A DNA stretch of 64,000 nt from a bacterium. Lineage in GTDB: Bacteria > Patescibacteriota > Patescibacteriia > Veblenbacterales > UBA10138. Below the pieces are notes generated by a model. It did no database searches and had not been told where the DNA came from. It worked only from the letters and a program-made list of their open reading frames with translations. Positions within the stretch are counted from its first letter, which is position 1. Every line of letters begins with the position of its first letter. The stretch lies in NCBI GenBank assembly GCA_020057885.1, contig JAGVEX010000009.1, positions 36,704 to 100,703 on the forward strand, written 5' to 3'. The position numbers and the translations under genes are program-made. Of the stretch, positions 10,215 through 19,450 are shown in pieces.

Positions 10215-10676
10215 ATGTTTTATAGATTAAAAAAAATATTTTGGAGACTATTTGAACCTATTTTCCCCACCATGCGGGATACTTGGATATTTTTAGGCTT
10301 TATTAAACATAATGAACGCCAACGCCATCTCCTGGGCCATCTTAAAGCAAGTGCCAGCCGCCACGACCTGCGCACAATTTTAATAAAAGCTGGTTTTGAA
10401 GATGATTATTTGGGCTGGATTGATCCGGATGAAATTTTGAATATGAGAAAATTAATAAACTTTGTTTATCAGTATCATGTCCGCTTATTTCCCGACGGAG
10501 AAATACGCGGCCATTATGAATTTTCCACCGAAAGCCACCCATTTAAACATTTACGCGAGGTGGGAATGACTGATGGTTTTGATTATTTAAAACCACTTTT
10601 GGCTGAAGTAATGACTAATGATCCACATTTGTCTCCGGCCAAATTAAATCCCAAATTGCGCCCGCGGCGTTCCTAG
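10215..10676 (+). CDS. Hypothetical protein (QYHVRLF..GEIRGHYE motif)
   Basis: 153-aa ORF with conserved-looking His motifs. Confidence 0.7.
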   Translation: MFYRLKKIFWRLFEPIFPTMRDTWIFLGFIKHNERQRHLLGHLKASASRHDLRTILIKAGFEDDYLGWIDPDEILNMRKLINFVYQYHVRLFPDGEIRGHYEFSTESHPFKHLREVGMTDGFDYLKPLLAEVMTNDPHLSPAKLNPKLRPRRS

Positions 10677-11832
10677 GCGTACCCGCAATTGGATAATGGT
10701 GTAAATCAATAAAAGGCAAACTATTGCATTCAATCACGCCGCAAGCTTGTTGCTGATGCCACGGATCACTGATTGAAGAAATAATAAAATCAATTCCAAT
10801 AATAGGATCTCCCACAAAATTCGCCACGCGCCTAAATAAATCGGCGTTGTGTTCGTGTACCTCTTGAGTAACGTCTGTTGTCACACCGCCAATACCACGG
10901 TTTACTTTATTACCCAAAGTAACTTGCTGCCCTTTTACCGGAACAGTCTGCCAAGTTAAACCTTGTCGCGCTAATTCCTCGCGAGCTTCTTGTTCGCTGG
11001 GCAAACTATGAAAAATATCTTCATCACGGCCCGGATGCTCGTTAGATGCACTTGCTAATTCTCCTATGGAATGCACTCCGTCACCAATGATTTGGGGAAT
11101 ATCACGCCTAGCCACACCAATTAACTTTCCACCCACCACTGTGGCACGGAAAACTGGGCCTTGTAATTCCTCCTCCACCACCACCCAAGGGCAAAGTTTT
11201 TGCGCTGAATAAAAAGCCTGTACCAATTGGCTACGCGTATTAATGTGTATAAAAGTATGGCGCGAGCGCGAACCAATACGCGGTTTTACAATTACGGGCG
11301 GGCCCATTTCGTCAAACATGACTAAGGCTTTTTTTACTAAAGTAAACATACCACCGCGCGCAATGGGAATTTTTGCCTCACTAAATTTTTTGCGCATTAT
11401 AGCTTTATCGTCCATCCATTCCGAGCCGTCACCCGTGTTGCCGCGTGGTCGGGGCAATCCATCAAAAGCATAAAGTCGGCCCTGGTGCCGCGCTACCATT
11501 AAATCCACTGAGCGACCAAAAGGTCTAAATTCAAAAAGCTCAATACCACGGCGCTTGGCCTCTTCCCATAGCACTCTTAAACGCAAATTATGATCTGGTT
11601 TAATATCGGTTACCACCTTACCCAAGCCTAAACGCTTGGCCCAAAACATAGAATGGTAAGCAATTTTATCAAGCGGCAGTTTTAATACTAAGGGTCGAAA
11701 CTTTTGCCAAATTTTATCCATAAATTTGGTATAAGGAGAAAAAAACCAATCAACCATAACTATAGTTCGCGCTAAAAAGTGCGAAGTTGGCGTGGGGCCA
11801 CAATCAGGACAAACTTTTTTAGATTTAAACAT
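10615..11832 (-). CDS. ATP-grasp ligase related to the cyanophycin synthetase/GshAB N-terminal domain
   Basis: DDK..., VIVKPRIGSRSR, R..PQIIGDG.HSI.EL, GIDFI, VIECNSLP..LHHYP..G.PRNAA. Confidence 0.85.
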   Translation of the reverse strand: MFKSKKVCPDCGPTPTSHFLARTIVMVDWFFSPYTKFMDKIWQKFRPLVLKLPLDKIAYHSMFWAKRLGLGKVVTDIKPDHNLRLRVLWEEAKRRGIELFEFRPFGRSVDLMVARHQGRLYAFDGLPRPRGNTGDGSEWMDDKAIMRKKFSEAKIPIARGGMFTLVKKALVMFDEMGPPVIVKPRIGSRSRHTFIHINTRSQLVQAFYSAQKLCPWVVVEEELQGPVFRATVVGGKLIGVARRDIPQIIGDGVHSIGELASASNEHPGRDEDIFHSLPSEQEAREELARQGLTWQTVPVKGQQVTLGNKVNRGIGGVTTDVTQEVHEHNADLFRRVANFVGDPIIGIDFIISSISDPWHQQQACGVIECNSLPFIDLHHYPIAGTPRNAAGAIWDLIWPETNVDH

Positions 11833-11882
11833 AAAGTGTTTAATATTTTAACAGTGGGTATAAAAAAGGTAAAGTCAACATT

Positions 11883-12521
11883 TTATTTATGCCAAAGTTT
11901 GCGCCAAAATTGTGAACCCGCGCTAAGTAATCGCTGACGTTGTTCAATATCTTTCCAAACTTGGATAAAAGGTGGCAAAAAAGAAACTATAATAATTAAA
12001 AAAATTATTGGCAAAAGATAACGATCGACTCCTGGAATAATACTGCCTAGCGAATAACCCAAGCCGGTTAAGCCAACGGCCCATAAAAATCCGCCCAACA
12101 AATTATAAGCTAAAAAAGTAGGGTAATGCATATCACCTACTCCGGCTAAGATAGGTGCCAACGTACGAACACCCGGCACAAAACGCGCCAAGATGATTGT
12201 TTTGCCGCCATGCTTAGCATAAAAAGCACGGGCTTTCTCTAAATTACCCTGATTAAAAAATAATGAATTAGGGCGAGTGAAAAATTTTTTACCTACCCGC
12301 CGGCCAAAAGTATAACCAACATTATCACCTAACACGGCTGCCAAAAAACACCCTATTATTAAAGTCGCGATGCTAAAAATGCCCTGTGAAGCCAAAAAAC
12401 CGGCGGTAAAAAGCAAGCTATCGCCTGGAAAAAACATACCAATTAATAAGCCCGACTCGGAGAAAATAACAGCGAGTAAGCCAAAATAGCCAATGGTAAT
12501 AATAATCTGTTCTAAATTCAC
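11883..12521 (-). CDS. DedA family membrane protein
   Basis: ESGLLIGMFFPGDSLLFTAG, LARFVPGVRT. Confidence 0.93.
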   Translation of the reverse strand: MNLEQIIITIGYFGLLAVIFSESGLLIGMFFPGDSLLFTAGFLASQGIFSIATLIIGCFLAAVLGDNVGYTFGRRVGKKFFTRPNSLFFNQGNLEKARAFYAKHGGKTIILARFVPGVRTLAPILAGVGDMHYPTFLAYNLLGGFLWAVGLTGLGYSLGSIIPGVDRYLLPIIFLIIIVSFLPPFIQVWKDIEQRQRLLSAGSQFWRKLWHK

Positions 12522-12618
12522 CTTATTATCTTAACATAAAAGCACAAAAACACTCAGGTATATAAAAAGCAAGGTCTATAAAAGCACCTTGCTTGTTCTA
12601 AAAATTTATTAGTTAATT

Positions 12619-13239
12619 TTAGGGAACTTCTGTAGACGGGGTTGCGCCATTAAACTGCCACTCCAAAAAACTAGCTATCGTGGCGTCATAATGAGCAGTA
12701 TGTTGAAACGCCTTAAGAGCTAATTGCTCACGAGTTGATGGTGTAATACCGCCATTTTGTATCTCAGAGATTATTAATTTATAATCATTTGGATCGCATA
12801 CTACCGCGACCCTTTCGTAATTTTTAGCAGCCGCCCGCAGTAGAGATGGTCCACCGATATCAATTTGCTCAATTGCTTCTGCTAAAGCAACATCAGGTTT
12901 GGATATTGTTTGTGCAAACGGATAAAGATTAACCACCACCAGATCAATGAGCCCGGCTTTGATCATTTGTATTTGCTCTAAATGTTCTGGTGTTTGTTTG
13001 GCCAAAATACCGGCAAACACCTTGGGGTGCAATGTCTTTACTCGCCCACCAAGAATTTCTGGCGAACCAGTGTACTCTGAAACTTGAATAACGGGAATCT
13101 TCCATTGTTGAAACAAACTAGCTGTACTGCTAGTCGAAATAATCTCATAACCAATGCTGGAAAAAAACCGGCCTAATAAAACTAAACAATCTTTATTAGA
13201 CACTGAAATTAAAGCGCGCTTAACTAATTGGTTTATCAT
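12619..13239 (-). CDS. Stand-alone IMP cyclohydrolase (PurH N-terminal/MGS domain)
   Basis: ALISVSNK, GGRVKTLHP, VNLYPF, IDIGGPSLLRAAAKN; no transformylase domain. Confidence 0.9.
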   Translation of the reverse strand: MINQLVKRALISVSNKDCLVLLGRFFSSIGYEIISTSSTASLFQQWKIPVIQVSEYTGSPEILGGRVKTLHPKVFAGILAKQTPEHLEQIQMIKAGLIDLVVVNLYPFAQTISKPDVALAEAIEQIDIGGPSLLRAAAKNYERVAVVCDPNDYKLIISEIQNGGITPSTREQLALKAFQHTAHYDATIASFLEWQFNGATPSTEVP

Positions 13240-13591
13240 AAGCTATTACTCCTTTTTTATAATTATTATTAATCTGTTAAGGTGCGGATTTTGCCCACCT
13301 ATTTATTATTAGTTTTATTTTGTGCCATCACCTTAATACAAATCAAATAAAAAAGCAAGGGCAGAAATAATCCCATTAAAAAACAATTAATGCTCTGTCT
13401 TGACAAAAATATTTTAAAAGTTTAAGGTATAGAGCTCTTTAAAAACCAATACCTTTCGGTACCTGCTGGCCTCAAATATTTGATGCCAAAAGCTACTGGA
13501 AGGGCAACGCGCAAAAAACGCGTTGGCAGACTGGGAGTTCGTCGCCCCAGCGTCACCAAGCTCTTCTGTTTAATATTAATGCTCTAAACCT

Positions 13592-13756
13592 ATGTATAGA
13601 GCATTCACAGGGGCTTTAGCGCTGGCTCTGGCATTCCTAGTGCTGAATTGGACCCTTCCCGAGTTGGCAACAGCGTTTGTAGAAGTAGCGTTAAAAACGT
13701 TACATCTCTTAAGCGCGGCGCTAGATTTAGTGCTACAAAAAATGCCAACTCAATAA
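13592..13756 (+). CDS. Small membrane protein (54 aa), not in ORF track
   Basis: MYRAFTGALALALAFLVLNWTLPELATAFVEVALKTLHLLSAALDLVLQKMPTQ; TTGACA upstream; hairpin downstream. Confidence 0.6.
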   Translation: MYRAFTGALALALAFLVLNWTLPELATAFVEVALKTLHLLSAALDLVLQKMPTQ

Positions 13757-13761
13757 AAACT

Positions 13762-13799
13762 AGAGGCTATGAAAATTTCATAGCCTCTTCTCTTTTTTG
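13762..13799. terminator. Intrinsic terminator between convergent genes
   Basis: agaggctatgaaa-a-tttcatagcctct plus T-rich tail. Confidence 0.7.
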
Positions 13800-13824
13800 T
13801 AAAAACGAATAAATTTACAACCAA

Positions 13825-14622
13825 CTATTCAATACGGTAATTTAAATTTATCTCAATAATAACTTCTTGAGTACCAGTAGGCAAAACAGGTGAAGATACC
13901 GCGCCAGCACCGCCGCCTTTACCATCTCCACTATAACTGCCATAAGATTGAATACCCGGGGCCTGCACAATATTTTCCCACCAACCCATAATATCTCCAA
14001 GCTCTACTCCTACTGCTTGCGCCAAAGCGCCGGCTTTGGATTTGGCATCGGCAATAGCCTTAAGCCTTGCCTCTTGTTTAAGATCATTCAAATTGGCCAC
14101 ATCAAAAGTAATTCCCATAACTTGATTGGCGCCGGCTTTGGTAGCCGCCGCTACTACTTTTGAAACACTTTCCTTGTTATCGTTTAACTTGCGTACTTTA
14201 ACTGTAAGCTGCTGGTTGGCGCTATAGCCAGCTGGAATAGATATGCCGTCTTTATAATCATACTGAGGATAAAGTGTATAATTTTGCGTTTCAATATCAG
14301 CTTCTGTAATTCCTAGCAATTTAATAGCCGTTACTACTTTATTCATTTTATCATTCAACTGTTGTAAAGCGTTTTCTGCAGAAAATTGTTTATCAACCTG
14401 CACACCCAGATTAACATTAGCTATATCGGGCTGATAAGAAACTTTGCCCAAGCCAGTTACCGATACCTGATATTGCGGCTGATTGACAATGCGATCACGC
14501 AAAATAGAAACTGTAATAATACCAGTGAGCAACAACATGCCTAAAATCGGCAAAATAATCTTTGGTTTTAACCACTCGCCGCAGCAATGGCAACTAGATT
14601 CATTGTTTTGATTGTTTTCCAT
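13825..14622 (-). CDS. SIMPL (DUF541) domain protein
   Basis: VSVTGLGKVSYQPDIA, ARLKAIADAKSKA..LA...GVELG. Confidence 0.9.
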   Translation of the reverse strand: MENNQNNESSCHCCGEWLKPKIILPILGMLLLTGIITVSILRDRIVNQPQYQVSVTGLGKVSYQPDIANVNLGVQVDKQFSAENALQQLNDKMNKVVTAIKLLGITEADIETQNYTLYPQYDYKDGISIPAGYSANQQLTVKVRKLNDNKESVSKVVAAATKAGANQVMGITFDVANLNDLKQEARLKAIADAKSKAGALAQAVGVELGDIMGWWENIVQAPGIQSYGSYSGDGKGGGAGAVSSPVLPTGTQEVIIEINLNYRIE

Positions 14623-14812
14623 AAAATATTACCTTGTGTGGACCTTATTTGTAAGATAATAAAAGCCCAAACGTTAATTATAAGTAAGTGATAATGAGAT
14701 AATTATAAATCAATTCATCGGTGCGGTCAATAATATATAAAATTATAAACATTACAAAGTGGTGAATTTTTGCTACACTAATTAAGCAACTAAACATTAA
14801 CTTATTAATATT

Positions 14813-15625
14813 ATGGATGCAGAAAACACATCTCCCAAAAAACCGTGTCTGGAACAAATTCCAGCAGCTATTAAAATTTTAATATCAATGTTCCTGCTAA
14901 TTTGGCTGGGCGCGCTGGGCCTTGACCGTGCTATGCAAGCTGGCATTAATTGGAAAAACCTCGCTCACTGGCAAAATCCGCGCAGTACCAACGACACTAT
15001 CTCGGTAACGGCACAAGGCAAAGTAACCGCCATTCCCGATGTCGGACTTATTTCACTATCTGTGGAAAGCCGAAATAAGACAGTGACCGAAGTGCAAACT
15101 GATAACACTAAAAAAATGAACCAAGTGGTCGATTATTTAAAAGGACTTAAGATTGAAGACAAAGATATTAGCACCACTCAATACAATTTATATCCTATTT
15201 ATTCCTACGAACAAAGGACTGGCAAACAAAGTTTAGATGGCTATCAACTTACCCAAACAGTAGAAGTAAAAATTAGAAATCTTGATAAGGTGGGTGAAGT
15301 GTTAAGTGGCAGTATTGAACGCGGCGCTAACCAAGTTGGCCAACTGACTTTCTCTATAGATGATCCGGAAAAATTACAACAAGAGGCACGTGTTAAAGCC
15401 ATAGCTAAAGCACGGGCCAAGGCTGAAACTTTGGCTCAAGCCGCCGGAGTAGATTTGGGCAAAGTAAGATCCTTCTCGGAAAATGTTAATAACCCAACGC
15501 CATACCCAATGTACTACGCGCGCGATATGGCGGTGGGTATGGAAAGCAAGGCAGTAGCACCTCAAATAGAGGCCGGCAGTCAAGAAGTAATTGTGAACGT
15601 AACTTTGAGTTACGAAATTGAATAA
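14813..15625 (+). CDS. SIMPL (DUF541) domain protein, divergent paralog
   Basis: ISVTAQGKVTAIPD, ARVKAIAKARAKAETLA, IEAGSQEVIVNV. Confidence 0.9.
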   Translation: MDAENTSPKKPCLEQIPAAIKILISMFLLIWLGALGLDRAMQAGINWKNLAHWQNPRSTNDTISVTAQGKVTAIPDVGLISLSVESRNKTVTEVQTDNTKKMNQVVDYLKGLKIEDKDISTTQYNLYPIYSYEQRTGKQSLDGYQLTQTVEVKIRNLDKVGEVLSGSIERGANQVGQLTFSIDDPEKLQQEARVKAIAKARAKAETLAQAAGVDLGKVRSFSENVNNPTPYPMYYARDMAVGMESKAVAPQIEAGSQEVIVNVTLSYEIE

Positions 15626-15646
15626 ACTAATTTCTGCCCAATTAAC

Positions 15647-15762
15647 CATCGGGGAAAAATAAGCGATCGCTTATTTTTCCCCGATGTTATTTTAATTGTA
15701 AATTAGTTTTATCATCAAACACAAAACTACTTTCTTATTCGCGCGAATAAGAAAGTAGTTTT
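15647..15762. repeat. Two perfect 40-bp palindromes (15647-15686, 15723-15762)
   Basis: Exact self-complementarity read directly. Confidence 0.9.
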
Positions 15763-15774
15763 AAATTGCTATAA

Positions 15775-15930
15775 TTAATGGCCAATGGTAGTAGTACGGC
15801 CTCGACCTGGCGGATGATAAGGTGGGGATAGCTTGGCGCGTTTGGCCCCCTCGGCCTGGCGTACTTTAAAGGATGAAGGTGTGCGAAACCGCACTACTCG
15901 TTTATTGCTTTTTGATGAATAGTTACGCAT
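15775..15930 (-). CDS. Small basic protein (51 aa), not in ORF track
   Basis: MRNYSSKSNKRVVRFRTPSSFKVRQAEGAKRAKLSPPYHPPGRGRTTTIGH; TATAAT-like box just upstream. Confidence 0.5.
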   Translation of the reverse strand: MRNYSSKSNKRVVRFRTPSSFKVRQAEGAKRAKLSPPYHPPGRGRTTTIGH

Positions 15931-15997
15931 ATTGTTATTATATCACACAACTAAAGTAACTTTGAAAAGTTACGAAATGTAATACGGGGTGTTAAAA

Positions 15998-16486
15998 CTA
16001 ATAATTTCTTAAAAATGTAAGATCTCTCTCACGAATGAACTTACCTTCATATTCGTCTGGGTTGTCTATTTCAAAAGTCCTGATGGCATCTTCTAACTTT
16101 ACCCACTCAATTTTAAAGTCGTTACTTTTTTCACTTTCAGTAAATGAAGGTTCTCCTTTTATACCTACCGCTTTAGCTCTATAGCAGTATGAAATTTGTT
16201 TCAGTTTGAACTCGCCTCGGTATTCAACAATTTCTCCAATATCTGAGCCAATTTCTATTTGACAACCAATTTCTTCCATACACTCACGTTGTAGTGCAGT
16301 AGAAATATCTTCAGATATCTCAACCCCGCCACCTGGTATTTTGTGGTATTTATACTTTTGAACGTGAAGTAAGGCGACTTTGCCTTCGACATCAAAAACA
16401 ACAGCTCGAACAGCATGCCTCACATCAAATTCACTTACCTGTTTTTCTGTAATATTCTCTGGGTTTATTTTTGCAAGAAGTTTCAT
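15998..16486 (-). CDS. NUDIX hydrolase
   Basis: PGGGVE..E....ALQRECMEEIG Nudix box. Confidence 0.93.
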   Translation of the reverse strand: MKLLAKINPENITEKQVSEFDVRHAVRAVVFDVEGKVALLHVQKYKYHKIPGGGVEISEDISTALQRECMEEIGCQIEIGSDIGEIVEYRGEFKLKQISYCYRAKAVGIKGEPSFTESEKSNDFKIEWVKLEDAIRTFEIDNPDEYEGKFIRERDLTFLRNY

Positions 16487-16521
16487 AGTTTAAGTATAAC
16501 AAAAACCGTCTAAAAATGAAC

Positions 16522-16567
16522 AGCTTTGTTTCCATCATTTAATTTGGTGGGTCCAGTGGGGATCGAA
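16522..16567. repeat. att site (left copy)
   Basis: agctttgtttccatcatttaatttggtgggtccagtggggatcgaa, identical to 24023-24068. Confidence 0.93.
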
Positions 16568-16687
16568 ACACCTACTCCAATTATTCCAAAATTCAATTAA
16601 TATGGTATTAAGCTCTGAACATTGCCAAAATTCCATTTCTCAGTAGTACGCAACTATGGTCAACTTTTACTCACTTTCATCACTTCG

Positions 16688-16708
16688 TGGGCACCAGATG
16701 GGCACCAG
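16688..16708. promoter_or_regulatory. Putative integrase arm-type sites
   Basis: TGGGCACCAGATGGGCAC tandem repeat, repeated at 23957-23974 near the other end. Confidence 0.7.
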
Positions 16709-16769
16709 CCTAAAGCAACTTTGGGAAGTGATGAAATGTGGTAGCTCAAATGGAAACGTATATGTAAAT

Positions 16770-17549
16770 TTATTCCAGTGCTACCTGGGTAATAAATTCT
16801 GGGAAAATCTCGACTTTTCGTACATCTGCCGGATTGAACAGAAACGATTGTACGTCTTGCCCTAACTCTTTGAAATCAAGGTTAGTAATAGACTCTAATA
16901 GCCGTTGGCGTAGTGCCGCCGCATCTCCAACGCCAAGCTTAACTTGAAGATAACCATAGTTTGGCTTGGTAAACGAGAGTAAAAAAACAATGTCGAAAAA
17001 ATCACGCCCCTTAGCTCGCTTGCGGTTGACGGCGGCGTAGATTTTCTGGGAGAGCAAGATATCTGGTGGGGTCACAAAAGCCTCTGAGAAAATATCGAAC
17101 TTGTTCAAAATTTTCTTATCGGGCTGGTACGGAAAATCATGCGCAAGACTGTCAATTTGTATCAGAATCTTCTCCTCCTGGAGAGGTGAGAGTTCGTTCA
17201 CAAACAAAATATCTGGTAAACGCACCCGACACCGGTAAGCATCTTTGCCCATAGTATCAACTTCAGCCTTTAGTCCCTGTCCTTCAAGCTTTACCTGTAC
17301 ATATTGAGCAAGCGCAGCAAACTCCCCCTCCTGAAGGCTAAAATTATCGAAATCCAAATCTTCTGAAAATCTAGTATTACCATATACAATACGGAGAGCG
17401 GTGCCTCCCAAAAATGAGAGTTTGCTCGCGTATTCAGAAGCAAATATAATTTCTAAAATTTTATATTGCAAATACTCCCGTAGTAGTCCGCGCTTGAATG
17501 GACGCAGCGATTCAGGGTATTGCTGTTCAATCTGCTCTAGGGAAAGCAT
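16770..17549 (-). CDS. AbiEii-family nucleotidyltransferase toxin (type IV TA / abortive infection)
   Basis: FLGGTALRIVYGNTRFSEDLDF, K..A...R..KGRDFFD. Confidence 0.92.
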   Translation of the reverse strand: MLSLEQIEQQYPESLRPFKRGLLREYLQYKILEIIFASEYASKLSFLGGTALRIVYGNTRFSEDLDFDNFSLQEGEFAALAQYVQVKLEGQGLKAEVDTMGKDAYRCRVRLPDILFVNELSPLQEEKILIQIDSLAHDFPYQPDKKILNKFDIFSEAFVTPPDILLSQKIYAAVNRKRAKGRDFFDIVFLLSFTKPNYGYLQVKLGVGDAAALRQRLLESITNLDFKELGQDVQSFLFNPADVRKVEIFPEFITQVALE

Positions 17550-17550
17550 A

Positions 17551-18171
17551 CTATTTAGCTTGCTTTATTAATTCAATTAGCTCTTCTAGCCGAACTAAAA
17601 ACGTCTTGTTCTTAAATGCAACGGCATATTGGCGAAGCTTGGTCAGACTTGCCTTTTCCAAGAATTCCCTACTATTAAAGCGCCATTCATAAAAATCCGC
17701 TCGTTCAATAATTTTTGGATTTAGATATAAGTAATCCAGCACTGCCTTCTCAATTTCGGCAATTTTATACTTCTGTCCCTTATGCTTCTCAAGTTGATAG
17801 CCGAATAAAAGCCCTGGCTTAATTTTTCGATACGAGAATTGCGCGATCGGTGTCTTGAAGCTAGCTGTCTTCTTGCCAGCAGCTGACGTTACCGAATAGA
17901 CTCCCTCGGGAATGAGCCCATAATGTGAAAGCGCCATTTCAAACGAAACATAAGACGGAGCATACAACCTATTTGCAATCAAAAAGAGCGTCTCTTCGTT
18001 TAGGGTAATATCAGAAAACATATAGTACCCCCTACGAAGCTTTTTGATATAACCATTTTTCTGCCAATCCACAAGCTGATGAAGATAAAACTCCGGTGCA
18101 ACCTTTCGGATGTCAGCCAAAGAAAAAACCGTAAAATCCCCTAATTGCTCCTTTAGTTGCTGGTATCTCAT
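17551..18171 (-). CDS. AbiEi-family antitoxin / transcriptional regulator
   Basis: KLRRGYY, PSYVSFEMALSHYGLIPE, EKAVLDYLY; directly upstream of the toxin. Confidence 0.9.
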   Translation of the reverse strand: MRYQQLKEQLGDFTVFSLADIRKVAPEFYLHQLVDWQKNGYIKKLRRGYYMFSDITLNEETLFLIANRLYAPSYVSFEMALSHYGLIPEGVYSVTSAAGKKTASFKTPIAQFSYRKIKPGLLFGYQLEKHKGQKYKIAEIEKAVLDYLYLNPKIIERADFYEWRFNSREFLEKASLTKLRQYAVAFKNKTFLVRLEELIELIKQAK

Positions 18172-18175
18172 AATA

Positions 18176-18221
18176 GTTCCAAAAAGTACTGTTTTTAGTA
18201 CTCTTCGGAACCATTATAGCA
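18176..18221 (-). promoter_or_regulatory. abiE promoter (TGnTATAAT) with downstream inverted-repeat operator
   Basis: gttcc..aagtact / agtact..ggaac inverted repeat (18176-18211) next to TGCTATAAT. Confidence 0.65.
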
Positions 18222-18476
18222 TAGATATACAATAAAATCAAGGCATCCAGCATTTGTAGCCATTTAAGCGAGGGTGGTGCGAGCTCTGGCCACACTAAGA
18301 TACAATTTAGCAAGGCTGTCTAAGTATTCCTCTGCCTTAGCTTTGGAAATTACAAGATTATACTTCGAGAGTGTATGGTCTTGGTATCTAACGACTAATT
18401 GTTTTGAATAAATCATTAGTCGAGCCCCAAGTCGTGGAGAATATTAGAATCAGAATTATAATTTTTTATAATATTT

Positions 18477-18953
18477 CTACTTCTGTATTTCTCTCGAGGG
18501 GTCAGTCTTGGCCAGTTGACTATAAGGTTGCATAGGTATTAAGCCAAGATCTTCCTGCATTTTTCTTTCTGAAGACTTTTTGATTTCGTCTATGACTTCC
18601 TCTACACTCATAGCTTTTCCGGATTTATATACTTCACGTATCAACCAAATAAGACACAGTGCCCCAGTAATAATAAAAATGGCTTGCCATACGTAGTGGG
18701 AAAATAACCAATCCTTAAAGTTTGAAGTTAGGATTGTTAATACTATTGATGCTAATAACCCAGCTGGAGCAATCCATGAACTTTTTCGTTCAACCGATGT
18801 CATATATTTAATTAGACATAAGTGGATTTTATCTTCAGTTGTAACAATAAAGCCCTCCCCTACATTCAAATGAACAGAAGACTTATTAATGAGTTCTTGG
18901 TGTACAGCTCCTTGAATAATCGTTGAGTTCCTTTTTTTAGATTTTCTCGCCAT
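18477..18953 (-). CDS. Two-TM hypothetical protein
   Basis: Probable start MARKSKK; two adjacent hydrophobic helices. Confidence 0.7.
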   Translation of the reverse strand: MARKSKKRNSTIIQGAVHQELINKSSVHLNVGEGFIVTTEDKIHLCLIKYMTSVERKSSWIAPAGLLASIVLTILTSNFKDWLFSHYVWQAIFIITGALCLIWLIREVYKSGKAMSVEEVIDEIKKSSERKMQEDLGLIPMQPYSQLAKTDPSREIQK

Positions 18954-18957
18954 AGAG

Positions 18958-19212
18958 CTAGTTCCCTTGTGGGGGCAATAACCCAAGTGCCCCCAATGCG
19001 TGTTGACTAATAAATCCGCATCTTGTACAAACGACAGTCACTGATGGAAGGGCGGGCCCACCTAAGACTATCCCACCAATTTGTTCTTGTATTGGTTGGC
19101 TTAAATAGCCATCAACTAGAGAAAACTCCTGATTGCCACACCTTGGACATGGGTGACGGGCAAGCCTTTCGTTCAATCTATTTATTACTTCTTGTCGCTG
19201 TTCAGGTGTCAT
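18958..19212 (-). CDS. Small zinc-ribbon protein
   Basis: CPRC ... CTRC. Confidence 0.75.
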   Translation of the reverse strand: MTPEQRQEVINRLNERLARHPCPRCGNQEFSLVDGYLSQPIQEQIGGIVLGGPALPSVTVVCTRCGFISQHALGALGLLPPQGN

Positions 19213-19450
19213 ATTTAGACTTAGTTAAGTATATTTATATTACCATAAATCTTAAAACCATTCAGCCCAAGTAGGAGCTGGGTGAAACCAACTCGTAGCC
19301 GAACTTTGGGAAATGGTAAAAGTTGAAGAAAATTGTAAGGACTGATCAGATTGAGGCTATAAACACCGCACAGGACCTATATTAGTATACTACTTAAGGG
19401 GAGTAGAATTTATTTATTTAAGATTGCTTTATTTGTTACGGAATTTTTTA

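Noticed and set aside
13240-13345. Possible ZTP riboswitch upstream of the purH-like gene
   Set aside because: There is a stem (UUAAGGUG/CACCUUAA), but the conserved GACUG and CGCCUGGGC elements are missing.
13825-15625. Divergent pair of SIMPL paralogs as a novel system
   Set aside because: Common family; nothing beyond paralogy is visible.
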